A stretch of 64,000 bases of DNA from Planctomycetota bacterium (GTDB lineage Bacteria > Planctomycetota > UBA1135). Where the stretch lies: assembly GCA_021776925.1 (NCBI GenBank), contig JAJFFB010000084.1:10365-74364 (forward strand), given 5' to 3'. Below, piece after piece: positions 9,681-18,932 of this stretch (the first letter of the stretch is position 1; each line of letters begins with the position of its first letter). The notes beneath the pieces were generated by a model that searched no databases, was not told the origin of the DNA, and saw only the letters and a program-made list of their open reading frames with translations. The position numbers were made by a program, and so were the translations under genes.

Positions 9681-10550
9681 ATGTCTGCACGCTTTCGGAT
9701 CAGTCTGAACATGGAATATTGTCGCAGCGCCGACATGTCCTTCGAAGCCGGAGTCAAGCAAGCAGCCGAGCTTGGCTACTCATTTGTCGAGCCGATGGTC
9801 CACACCGGTTGGGAGCTGCTCAGCGAAGTGAACTACTTTCACTCCTTCTCAATGGAGGAGGATCCGTTGCTGATGCAGGAGATCTGCCACGCTGCCGGGC
9901 TCGAGGTCAGCAGCCTGAGCGGTCATAGCCCATTGATGAAACCCGAAGCCGCGATTCCCCGGCTGACGCGGGCGATCGTCCTGGCTTCGAACCTCGGCGC
10001 CAAGTTCGTCAACTCCGACGAAATGGTCAAGCCGGAATGGATGAGCGACGACTTCGCCCACGAGGTCATGCGCTACACCCTGACCAAGGCCGAGATGGTC
10101 GCCCGTCGCCACGGCGTGTATCTGTGCATCGAACCGCACGGGATCTACACCCAGACCGCCAAGGGACTGCTGAAGATCGTCGGCCTGGTCGACTCGCCCT
10201 GGATTGGGGTGAACTGGGATACCGGAAACTCCTATCTGGCTGGGGTTGAGGATCCCTATGAGGGGCTTGAGCAGGTGCGCGATCATGTCCGCCACGTTCA
10301 CGCCAAGGACATCAGCCTTGAGCACAGCGAACGTGCGCGAGGCAAGGTCACGGGCACCCCTGTGGGCTGCGCCTGCGGCGATGGTGAGGTCGATTGGCAG
10401 AGGGTATTCGAGATCCTGGCGCCACTGGACCGCGAGATCTTCTTGAGCGTTGAGTGCGGCACGATCGACCAAGCACGCCGCAGTCTTACCTTCCTGCGTT
10501 CGGCCCTCGGCGATCGCTTGATCGAAACCAACCAGACTCTGGTCTCGTGA
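9681..10550 (+). CDS. Sugar phosphate isomerase/epimerase (xylose isomerase-like TIM barrel)
   Basis: 289 aa with a GGAG 7 nt upstream of the ATG. Typical AP-endonuclease-2/TIM-barrel blocks: YLCIEPHG, NWDTGNSYLAG, HVHAKD. Confidence 0.8.
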   Translation: MSARFRISLNMEYCRSADMSFEAGVKQAAELGYSFVEPMVHTGWELLSEVNYFHSFSMEEDPLLMQEICHAAGLEVSSLSGHSPLMKPEAAIPRLTRAIVLASNLGAKFVNSDEMVKPEWMSDDFAHEVMRYTLTKAEMVARRHGVYLCIEPHGIYTQTAKGLLKIVGLVDSPWIGVNWDTGNSYLAGVEDPYEGLEQVRDHVRHVHAKDISLEHSERARGKVTGTPVGCACGDGEVDWQRVFEILAPLDREIFLSVECGTIDQARRSLTFLRSALGDRLIETNQTLVS

Positions 10551-10556
10551 TAAAAA

Positions 10557-12947
10557 ATGGCGCGTAACGCTCATTCCCCACTTCTGGCCTTGGCCTTGGC
10601 CATAGGCGTCGGGTCGTGCACTCCTCCTCAGCCGCAAACCGATCTACGCTGGGAGCAGACCGCGACCAGCCTGGCGCTGTACAAAAACGACCACGTCGTG
10701 TGGGAATTCCACTGTCAGCGCGGAGAAGGGAAACCTGCATTCCATCCTCTCGCCACCGTAGATGGAGTCGTGCTTACCGATTTTCGCCCCGCCGATCATC
10801 CGTGGCATCGAGCGGCCTGGTTTTGTTTGCACAGCATTAACGGTGTCAACTACTGGGAGGAGGATCCGGTCAGCGGGCTGGCCGCAGGACGAACCCGTGT
10901 GGTTGATTTTGATTTCCGCCCAGCTGAGGACTTTTCCGCGGAATTGGATCTCGATCTCAGTTATGCGCCGGCAGAAGGCGCGGAAGTCTTGGTCGAACGC
11001 CGCCGGATCCGCTTGAGCGCGCCGGCGGAAGATGGCAGCTACAGCATGGATTGGCAGCTGGTCTTCACCGCGCGCACCGCACTCGAACTTCAGCGTACAC
11101 CCCGGCCAGGAGAAGAAGGCGGCGCTTCCTGGGGGGGGTATGCCGGGATTTCACTGCGTCTGGATCCGAAGCTGAAAGGCTGGAGCTTCCTCGACAGCGA
11201 AGGCCGAGATGATGGTTCCTTCGGCAAGTGTGCCGGTTGGTTGAGCTTTCACGGCGCGCTCGAGGACAGGGCCGCCGGGCTGACGATCTTTGACCACCCA
11301 CAGAATCTGACCTTCCCCAGCGCCTGGTTCACCGAACTCGGCATGCCGTACTTCAGTCCGGCCTTCCTTTTCTACAAACCGATCAAGCTGATCCAGGGAG
11401 AAGAACTGAAGCTCTTCTACCGCGTGAAGATCGATTCCACTCTGCCGGAAGCCGCTGACCTGGATGCTGAGGCTGCCGACTTCGCCGAGCAGGAGTTCGA
11501 GCTCAGTGGTCCAGGCCAAATCGATCTGGTAGAACTGGGCGAGCACGTCTTTTCCACCAATTGCGAAGCCTGCCACGCGCGTGATCCGGATTCCGTTGAA
11601 TTCAGGACCGGGCCGAACCTCTACGCCGCGATCAGCACCACGCCGCATTGGCATGAAGTGCTGGAGGATGGCGTGCCTGCCCGTGTTCTCGCCGACGAAG
11701 ACTTCCTGCGCCACTCGCTGCACGATCCGGCGCGCCGCCTGGCCTTGCACAGCTCTGGTCCGCAAAGGGGCCAGCCCTTTCTTCCGCTCATGCCGACCTT
11801 TGACAACATCCTCAGCGATCAGCAGGTCGACGCTTTGGTCGCCTACCTGCTGACCTTGAACCCTGAGCAGAGTCGCGGCCCGATGCATCTTTGGGCCGGT
11901 GTCGAAAGAGCAGTTTCAAGCTTGAATCCGCATGAAGTCGTGGTGCGAGACAAGCCTTTGGTGAGACGCGTCATCGTCGATGGCTATGCACCGCGCGCCT
12001 TCGCGGTGGGCCATACCGACCACTTCAGCTACCTTTTCGACCCAGAAGATTGCAGCGTGCGGCACGCATGGCGAGGCGGTTTCCTCGACCTCAGCGGCGA
12101 GCGGATGGGGCGCGGCACCGGACCCAACCGGCCGGCGCGCGAGCAGTCGATCGGCTTTAGGCCTTTCTTGACACCGCTTGACGAGGAGACCGGAACCGGA
12201 GGTCGGGTTCACTTTGAAGCCTATTCGATGCAGCCGGGCCGGGCGCCGCAGATTCACTACTCGATGGGGGGTGGATTGGTCCGGCAACGGTTGGTTTATT
12301 CGGGCGCCGGTACCTTGCAATTCCAATTCGAATGCGAAGGGGTGACCGCACCCTTGCGCTTCCGCTTCGATCAGGAAAAGATCCTGGGCTTCACTTGTCC
12401 CTCCGCAAGCGTGAGCGAGGGCGTGCTGTTGATTCCGACCCAGGCTGCAACCGACTTCACTCTCGACGTTCGCTTGGCTGCAGTTCCGCCCTCGGTTGGT
12501 GCGTCGAACCTCGCGGCACAGGCAATTGGTTTCAGTAATGGCCGTGACGACGGCTCCTCGATCGGGCCGTGGGGCGCGATCGACGGAAATCCGATGAGCT
12601 GGTGGGACGAAACCGACCAGCAGGATGAGTACAGCTTGCGCCTGATTCTGGATCAGCGACGCGCCTTCAACCAGCTGCGTATCAGCGGTTATCAACATCA
12701 CGATTTCGCCCCAAAGAGTTTCCAGGTCTTCGTAGACGGAAACCTGGCGGCCGAGATCGTCGACGCCGAGTACCGTGACAACCTTCTGCTGGTCGACTTG
12801 CCAGAGACCTTGGGGCAGGCGCTCGAGTTGCGCATCCATGATTACTACGGCGGAAGCCCGGCGATTCGGGAACTTGAGATCTACCATCAATCGACCGCTG
12901 CCGGCCAGGATGACACGCTTGAGGCCAATGGTGAAGGACATGAATAA
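10557..12947 (+). CDS. Lipoprotein fusion: DUF6807 (PmoA-like) domain + mono-heme cytochrome c + galactose-binding/discoidin-like domain
   Basis: Lipobox ALAIGVGSC. DUF6807-like FHPL....LTDFRPADHPWHRAAWF. Heme-binding CEACH with a downstream LPLMPTF (Met ligand context). The C-terminus (AIDGNPMSWWDE...LRISGY...IRELEIY) resembles F5/8 type C. Confidence 0.7.
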   Translation: MARNAHSPLLALALAIGVGSCTPPQPQTDLRWEQTATSLALYKNDHVVWEFHCQRGEGKPAFHPLATVDGVVLTDFRPADHPWHRAAWFCLHSINGVNYWEEDPVSGLAAGRTRVVDFDFRPAEDFSAELDLDLSYAPAEGAEVLVERRRIRLSAPAEDGSYSMDWQLVFTARTALELQRTPRPGEEGGASWGGYAGISLRLDPKLKGWSFLDSEGRDDGSFGKCAGWLSFHGALEDRAAGLTIFDHPQNLTFPSAWFTELGMPYFSPAFLFYKPIKLIQGEELKLFYRVKIDSTLPEAADLDAEAADFAEQEFELSGPGQIDLVELGEHVFSTNCEACHARDPDSVEFRTGPNLYAAISTTPHWHEVLEDGVPARVLADEDFLRHSLHDPARRLALHSSGPQRGQPFLPLMPTFDNILSDQQVDALVAYLLTLNPEQSRGPMHLWAGVERAVSSLNPHEVVVRDKPLVRRVIVDGYAPRAFAVGHTDHFSYLFDPEDCSVRHAWRGGFLDLSGERMGRGTGPNRPAREQSIGFRPFLTPLDEETGTGGRVHFEAYSMQPGRAPQIHYSMGGGLVRQRLVYSGAGTLQFQFECEGVTAPLRFRFDQEKILGFTCPSASVSEGVLLIPTQAATDFTLDVRLAAVPPSVGASNLAAQAIGFSNGRDDGSSIGPWGAIDGNPMSWWDETDQQDEYSLRLILDQRRAFNQLRISGYQHHDFAPKSFQVFVDGNLAAEIVDAEYRDNLLLVDLPETLGQALELRIHDYYGGSPAIRELEIYHQSTAAGQDDTLEANGEGHE

Positions 12948-15285
12948 AGCCGCGCTCAACACCATTGCACTTGCCGGCCTCATGCTTCCCGGCTGGGCGG
13001 TTGCGCATCCCCAAGGAGATCATCCGGAAATCATTCCGGCGGGCTATACCGTGACCACGATCCCGCCGCCGATCGGCGCCGACGGCCGCGAGCTGCAGTT
13101 CGGGATCGGTGCGATTGGATTCAGTGCCGATGGCACGGCGTTCGTCGCCTCGCGCGTGGAGGGGGTCTGGACGCTGAAAGACGGAGTCTGGCGCCAGTTT
13201 GCCACTGGCCTCCATGACCCGCAGGGAATCCGGGTGTCGGCCGATGGCGGCACCGTCTACGTCTGCCAGAAACCGGAACTGACCCTGCTCAGGGACCTCG
13301 ATCTCGATGGCAGTGCCGACCTCTATCACAACTTCTGTGACCAGTGGTTGTTCGCGGGGAACTACTGCGAATACGTACATGGCATCGCCACCGATCGTCG
13401 CGGAAATATGTTCCTGACCATCAATTTGGCCGATGGTGGCGGATCCGACAATACGCCCGGCCTCACTAATACCGAACGCGCGGTCTCCATGGGGACCACC
13501 GGTGGCTTCGACGGCTGGGTGGTGAGGGTCGACCCTGACGGAGTAATGACTCCTTGGGCCTATGGCCTGCGCTCGCCCGCCGGCATCGGCATCAGTCGCG
13601 ACGACGAAGTCTTCTACACCGACAACCAGGGGGGCTGGGTGCCCACATCACCGCTCTATTTCGTCGAGCCGGGCGCTTTCTATGGCTATCCGTCGTCGAT
13701 GGCCGACCTGCCGGACTTCGCTTCCGGAAAACGCGAACTGGCCACGGTGAGTGACGAGGATCTGGTCAGGCGCAGCCACCTGCCAGTGGTCTGGATGCCT
13801 CACGGGGAACTGATGAACTCCCCCGGCAATCCGGAGTGGGATTACTCGGAGGGTTCCTTTGGCCCTTTCCAGGGCCAGATTTTCATCGGCTGCCAGGCGC
13901 GTTCGAACATCGTGCGCGTCGCGCTGGATCGTGTCCGTGGCCATTATCAGGGAGCGGTCTTCAATTTCATCGACTATCTTCATTGCGGCGTCATCCGACT
14001 GGCGTTCGACGCGCAGGGCCGCCTATGGGCAGGGGAAACCGGCCGCGGCTGGGCGTCGCGCGGAGGCCAGCTCTACGGCCTGCAGCGCATCGAGTGGGAC
14101 GGACGAACCACGCCCTTCGAGATGCTCGACATGAAGCTGACCGATCGCGGTTTCGCCGTGCGCTTCACCCAGCCAGTGGATCCGGAGAGCATCACCGATG
14201 ACACCTTCGCGTTCACCACCTGGCATTACCATTACCATCAGCAGTACGGTTCCCCCAAGGTGGACCAGAAGCGCTTGGCCAGCCGGCTCGAGCGCGTTTC
14301 CGCCGACCGCAAAACGGTCTGGTTCGAGGTTCCCCTGCAGACTGGAAAGGTCTACCACCTGCTCTGCACAGGCTTGATCAGCGCGAGCGGCGCTGCGATG
14401 AGCAACCGCAACGCCTACTACACGCTCAATTACCTTCGCGAGAGCGCCGACATGAAGGAGGGCGAAGAAGAGCGGATGCGTGCCGCGGTTTCCACGCTGA
14501 CTTCCGCACCGGCCGGTCAGCGGCGACGGGTCCTGGCTTTCTCCCGTACCGATGGATACCGCCACAGCGCGATCTCCTATGCCACCCGCGCTTTCGAACT
14601 CATGGCCGCGCGCAGCGGCTCGGTTGAGCTTGTGGTCAGCGAGGACATCGGCGCGTTCGAACCCGATCGCCTGGTGCATTTCGACGCAGTGATCCTCAAC
14701 AACGTGGTCGGTGACGTTTTCCGCCCTGCCAACTTCGCCGAGTTGCCACCGGGATCTCAAGCGGGGATGCTGGAATACGAAGCACTTCTACAACAGAGCC
14801 TGGCCGATTTCGTCGCTTCCGGAAAAGGGCTCCTCGCCCTCCACGGCAGCGCCGCCGCCTTTCCAGGGTGGGCTGAGTTCGGCCAGATCCTGGGAGCCCG
14901 CTTCGATAACCATCCGTGGCCTGCCGGCTCCAACGTGACGATTCGCCGCGAGGACCCCGACTCGCCGTTGACGCGGAGTTTCTCAGCTGCCCCCTTCTCC
15001 TTCCGCGACGAGATCTATCAATTCCGTGATTTCGAGCGAGAGCAACTGCACGTGCTTCTAAGTCTGGTCCCGGAACAAAGTGACATTACCAAGCCATCCA
15101 TCCAGGAACTGATCCACCGCCAGGATGGCGATTTCCCGCTGAGCTGGTGGAAACCCTACGGCAAGGGCCGTGTCTTCTACTCGGCACTGGGCCACCAACA
15201 CGAGGTCTTCCAGGACAGTGCGGTCCTTGACCACTGGTTCGCTGGCCTGCAGTTCGTATCAGGAGACCTGTCGGCTGGCAACTGA
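12940..15285 (+). CDS. Secreted fusion: sorbosone/glucose dehydrogenase-like beta-propeller + ThuA-like domain
   Basis: I prefer the ATG at 12940 (MNKAALNTIALAGLMLPGWAVA signal peptide), which overlaps the upstream stop by 8 nt; ATG 12928 is also possible. Propeller-type repeats (GLRSPAGIGISRDDEVFYTDNQGGW). The C-terminal ThuA blocks are RVLAFSRTDGYRHSAI, GKGLLALHGSAAAF and GKGRVFYSALGH. Confidence 0.7.
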   Translation: MNKAALNTIALAGLMLPGWAVAHPQGDHPEIIPAGYTVTTIPPPIGADGRELQFGIGAIGFSADGTAFVASRVEGVWTLKDGVWRQFATGLHDPQGIRVSADGGTVYVCQKPELTLLRDLDLDGSADLYHNFCDQWLFAGNYCEYVHGIATDRRGNMFLTINLADGGGSDNTPGLTNTERAVSMGTTGGFDGWVVRVDPDGVMTPWAYGLRSPAGIGISRDDEVFYTDNQGGWVPTSPLYFVEPGAFYGYPSSMADLPDFASGKRELATVSDEDLVRRSHLPVVWMPHGELMNSPGNPEWDYSEGSFGPFQGQIFIGCQARSNIVRVALDRVRGHYQGAVFNFIDYLHCGVIRLAFDAQGRLWAGETGRGWASRGGQLYGLQRIEWDGRTTPFEMLDMKLTDRGFAVRFTQPVDPESITDDTFAFTTWHYHYHQQYGSPKVDQKRLASRLERVSADRKTVWFEVPLQTGKVYHLLCTGLISASGAAMSNRNAYYTLNYLRESADMKEGEEERMRAAVSTLTSAPAGQRRRVLAFSRTDGYRHSAISYATRAFELMAARSGSVELVVSEDIGAFEPDRLVHFDAVILNNVVGDVFRPANFAELPPGSQAGMLEYEALLQQSLADFVASGKGLLALHGSAAAFPGWAEFGQILGARFDNHPWPAGSNVTIRREDPDSPLTRSFSAAPFSFRDEIYQFRDFEREQLHVLLSLVPEQSDITKPSIQELIHRQDGDFPLSWWKPYGKGRVFYSALGHQHEVFQDSAVLDHWFAGLQFVSGDLSAGN

Positions 15286-15323
15286 TTGAGCCAGAGCGCG
15301 GACCCGGTTGCTATCTTCCGTTC

Positions 15324-16208
15324 ATGCACAGCAAGCGATGGCTCCACGCACTGCCGCCGGGCCTGCTCGCAGCATGCGCTCTGTCGGGCATCCTCACTTC
15401 CTGCGCCGGCGCTCCACAGGCTCAAGAGCCGCGGTCTCCGTCGCCGCCGAGCAAGATCCGGGTTGCTGCCTGCCAGCTTGAGGTGCGCAGCGACCCAGCC
15501 CTTACCCTGGAAGACGTTGAGCGCGCGCTTGCCGAAGCTGCCGCCGCCGGCGCCGACATCGCCTGTTTCCCCGAGACTTGTCTGTATGGGTGGGTCAATC
15601 CTGAAGCGCACCAGCTGGCCGATCCGATTCCCGGTCCGACCACCGATCGCCTTGGGGAAATGGCGCGACGTCATGGCTTGATGATCGCGGTGGGGCTGGC
15701 CGAACGTGACGGCGAACGTCTGCACGATTCCGCTGTGTTGATCGACCGCGATGGCACCCTCCTGCTGCATCATCGCAAGGTCAACATCCTCAGCGAACTG
15801 ATGGACCCGCCGTACACCCCAGGCCCCGGCGCATCTGATTCCGTTGCCGACACTCGTTTCGGCCGCATCGGCGTGCTGATCTGCGCCGACACCTTCAAGG
15901 ACGAACTCGTCGCTCAAATCGCCGCGGCCGAACCCGACTTGTTGCTGGTGCCCTACGGTTGGGCGGCGCCGCAGAAGGACTGGCCCGATCACGGCAACAG
16001 CCTGCACTCCTGGGTCAGTCATACCGCGCGGCGGTCCGGCGCGCCGGTGGTCGGCGTCGACGCCACCGGCTCCATCGCCCACGGACCCTGGACCGGATTC
16101 CTCTACGGCGGTCAGAGCATTGCCGTCAACGCCCAAGGCGAATCCCTCGGCATCCTTGCCGATCGCCGTCCTGAAGTGCGCGTTTTCGAGATCGAGCTCC
16201 GTCGCTAG
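15324..16208 (+). CDS. Carbon-nitrogen hydrolase (nitrilase superfamily) lipoprotein
   Basis: Lipobox GILTSC. The Glu-Lys-Cys triad contexts are CFPE, HRKVN and VLICAD. Confidence 0.8.
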   Translation: MHSKRWLHALPPGLLAACALSGILTSCAGAPQAQEPRSPSPPSKIRVAACQLEVRSDPALTLEDVERALAEAAAAGADIACFPETCLYGWVNPEAHQLADPIPGPTTDRLGEMARRHGLMIAVGLAERDGERLHDSAVLIDRDGTLLLHHRKVNILSELMDPPYTPGPGASDSVADTRFGRIGVLICADTFKDELVAQIAAAEPDLLLVPYGWAAPQKDWPDHGNSLHSWVSHTARRSGAPVVGVDATGSIAHGPWTGFLYGGQSIAVNAQGESLGILADRRPEVRVFEIELRR

Positions 16209-16246
16209 ATACCAGCCCGTGGTTTTTTCCCGGACCGATGAGTTCC

Positions 16247-18616
16247 TCATTCTTTCACCAGGCGAAATCCCAGGTGATCCGCTCGGGCGCGGACTTCGCC
16301 GCTGGTCATGTCGCCGTCGATCAGGCGCACGCGCCAATACAGACTGCGGCTGCCGTCGGCGTGTTCATCGATGAAACACTTCCCGGTCCATCCCAAGCCG
16401 GCCGGCACGTCGCCGATCGGCTCTACTGTGTCGACGCGGTGCCGTGTCCGCGCTTCCACGATCAGAAAAAGGTCGTCCTGGTTGCGCTTCTCCGGGTCAT
16501 ACCAGGTCGACTCCACCCCCATACCGGTTCCGCGCCAGGTGTAGAGCTGAGGAAAGGAGCAACCCCACTCCTCCGAAGGCGCATATTCGAAACGGTGCCA
16601 CACCTCTGGAGCATGCACCTCGACGCGTAGCCCACGCTGCTCCACCCGTGCTTGAGGTCTGGCATCTTCATGCGCAAACCCGAGCTGCAGCGCCGGATCG
16701 CCATAAACCGCGTGGTTGTACAACTGATAGTAATAGAGGCCTCCGGAGGTCTGGCCTTTCTCCAGCATCGTGACCGTGACCCGGTTCAAGGCGGCGCGTT
16801 GAGCTTCGCCCAAGGTGGCGCCCGACAGCAAGGCGTTCCACAGTTCGCTTTGAAAGAGATTCTGCTGCGCCACCGCACGACGGGTGTTGCCGGCGAAGGC
16901 GACCGCGCCATTGCGTAGCAACCGCGCCGCGACCGATCGGTGCTCGGCGTCTTGATCCAAGGATGCGGTGCTGCAGCCGGAGGAATCCACCAAGGCCGGC
17001 GCCAGCAGGGTGGTCGAGTCCCACGCGTAGGTTTCACCGAGCACGGTCCACATCGCGTGGGACCCGTGCACGATCAGTTCGGCTTCGGCCAACGGCGAAG
17101 AGGCATCGAAGGGGCCGCCGCCAGGGTGGTGACCGAGGTGTTGAAAGCCGGCGTCTTCCATAGGCCCCCGGCAAGCGCCCGCCCATTCTGCGGTGGCAAA
17201 GGTCGAAGCCCACGCACGTTCGGGCAGGTCATCGCGCGCCAGGCCACGGCAGGCGAGCAGCGTTGCCGAAGGCAGGTCCTCGGCGACAAAACGCGCCACG
17301 GCGAGTTCGACAAAGGGGTCCTCATCGGTCTGACCGAAGGGCAGGTCGGAAACCAGGTCGGCGTCGATGCCCTGGCCGTGATCGATCACCGCCATCGGCA
17401 AGGCTTCGGGCCAGCCGATCAGACACAGATAACGGGCTCGGTTCTTGGCCGCCTTGCGCAGGCGGCCGAGGTCGGCGCAGATCTCGCTGGCGGTCGGCGA
17501 TGTCAGCCACGCTGCCTGCCCGCGCGCGTGTTCGTTGGCGTCCAGATCGGCGGTCCAGTTCATTCCGCCGAGGTCAAAATCATCTCCAGTGAATAGAGTT
17601 CCTTCCCCATTACCCCTGAAATCTCCGTCTCCATCACGATCCAACTGCAACCACCACCGCCCATCGGTGGGATCTTGTCCGGTCACGAAGGCGATGGACT
17701 TGTCACCAAGCTGGATCGAACCCTGACGCCAACCGCTGGTGCTCTCGGCCGCACCACGCGGAGCCTTTTTGGCGACTTCCTCCGCAGCGAAGCGGGTTTT
17801 CCATTGCGTTTCGTACGGCAGAGGCGCGACCACTCCCGCGCGCCCCGCGGCCAGAATGGGAGCTGCTAGAGCCAGATGCCGGTCCCGCCCGGCGACGGTT
17901 TCATTGGGGTTGACCGCCGCCAAGTAATCGACGTCGAAGCCGTGCCGCACCAGCCAGCGGACAACGCCCTCGGCGTTTTTGATGCCCTCGACGCGCACGC
18001 CCTCGAATTGAGGAGGCCTGCGTTTGCCGACAAAAAGTGCAGTTTTGGCCTTGAGCGCGCCGATTGCCTCGAGCACCGGTTCGTTGGTCTGTTCGTCAGT
18101 CCAAGGAAATAACGGAACTCCCAGGCGTGCGGCGAAGGCCGCTGCGGCGAGAGCGACGGAGCGGTCCTCGGCATCAAACAGCACCACCCGTTTGGCGGTC
18201 GGCCAGGCCAACGAAGAGAGCGCCACCGCCGCCTCAACTTGGTTGTCTGCCGGTAGACACTCCAGGGTCACCCAGGCAGGGGAGGGCACCGGTGGAGGCT
18301 GCGGACCCACCCACAACAGGCGCGTGGGCGAAAAACGATCCAGGAAATCGACCAGTTCTGCGCGCCAGGGTGCCGCCGCATCCACCGCAAGAACGATCGG
18401 TTCGCCGTTGCCGAGCACCGCGGCGGCAGGAACAGCACATAGAAAGGCGTCGTCCAGCCAAGACGCATGCGCGGCGATTGGAACCAGGACCGCGACGCGC
18501 TTCCCATCACCCTGGCGCAGCTCTGATTCACTGTCCAGGACGCTACCGGTGCCATCAATGCCGAAGGTATGCAGGAGCAATGCAGCCAGCAGGAACGGCG
18601 GGAAAAGCACCTTCAT
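16247..18616 (-). CDS. Secreted protein with clan-CD cysteine-peptidase-like (C25/gingipain-type) His-Cys dyad region
   Basis: Signal peptide MKVLFPPFLLAALLLHTFG. ELIVHGSHAMW, then about 30 residues, then LVDSSGCSTAS: each catalytic-type residue follows a hydrophobic strand, as in C25-type enzymes. The N-terminal part has VLVP..A....AVPAAA..G.PIVL repeats that look like cell-wall-binding repeats. Coding status is good; the function call is tentative. Confidence 0.5.
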   Translation of the reverse strand: MKVLFPPFLLAALLLHTFGIDGTGSVLDSESELRQGDGKRVAVLVPIAAHASWLDDAFLCAVPAAAVLGNGEPIVLAVDAAAPWRAELVDFLDRFSPTRLLWVGPQPPPVPSPAWVTLECLPADNQVEAAVALSSLAWPTAKRVVLFDAEDRSVALAAAAFAARLGVPLFPWTDEQTNEPVLEAIGALKAKTALFVGKRRPPQFEGVRVEGIKNAEGVVRWLVRHGFDVDYLAAVNPNETVAGRDRHLALAAPILAAGRAGVVAPLPYETQWKTRFAAEEVAKKAPRGAAESTSGWRQGSIQLGDKSIAFVTGQDPTDGRWWLQLDRDGDGDFRGNGEGTLFTGDDFDLGGMNWTADLDANEHARGQAAWLTSPTASEICADLGRLRKAAKNRARYLCLIGWPEALPMAVIDHGQGIDADLVSDLPFGQTDEDPFVELAVARFVAEDLPSATLLACRGLARDDLPERAWASTFATAEWAGACRGPMEDAGFQHLGHHPGGGPFDASSPLAEAELIVHGSHAMWTVLGETYAWDSTTLLAPALVDSSGCSTASLDQDAEHRSVAARLLRNGAVAFAGNTRRAVAQQNLFQSELWNALLSGATLGEAQRAALNRVTVTMLEKGQTSGGLYYYQLYNHAVYGDPALQLGFAHEDARPQARVEQRGLRVEVHAPEVWHRFEYAPSEEWGCSFPQLYTWRGTGMGVESTWYDPEKRNQDDLFLIVEARTRHRVDTVEPIGDVPAGLGWTGKCFIDEHADGSRSLYWRVRLIDGDMTSGEVRARADHLGFRLVKE

Positions 18617-18932
18617 AAGCTCATGCTACATGCCAGCAGGGTGTCCGCTAATTCCGGCAGCTCGAAGCCTCGTAACAGGCCCTGTGCAGCCCCGGCCAAA
18701 CCAATGCACAACTCCCGCCGATCCCTTGGCGGCCGGCGCTCCGCGCGATCTGGTGTGAGGTAGGTCCTGCTTCGTGTTTGGAGAACTCGAACGCCTGCAC
18801 GGCCCAGGAGCACTGGCCATGTGCTTTCGCACCAAGCGCCGCCTATTGCAGCCAGGTCGCTCCAACCTGCCGCATGGGCCTGTCCTCGCGCCAACGCTTG
18901 ATAGGGCTGACGGCGGGGCGTAGGCTCGCGGG

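Noticed and set aside
18617-18932. The largest intergenic region (316 nt), checked for a tRNA, sRNA or small ORF (for example a 34-codon ATG ORF near 18810).
   Set aside because: There is no T-loop (GGTTCGAATCC-like) or cloverleaf potential, no terminator-like hairpin, and the small ORF has no RBS or recognisable features. It is treated as a divergent promoter region only.
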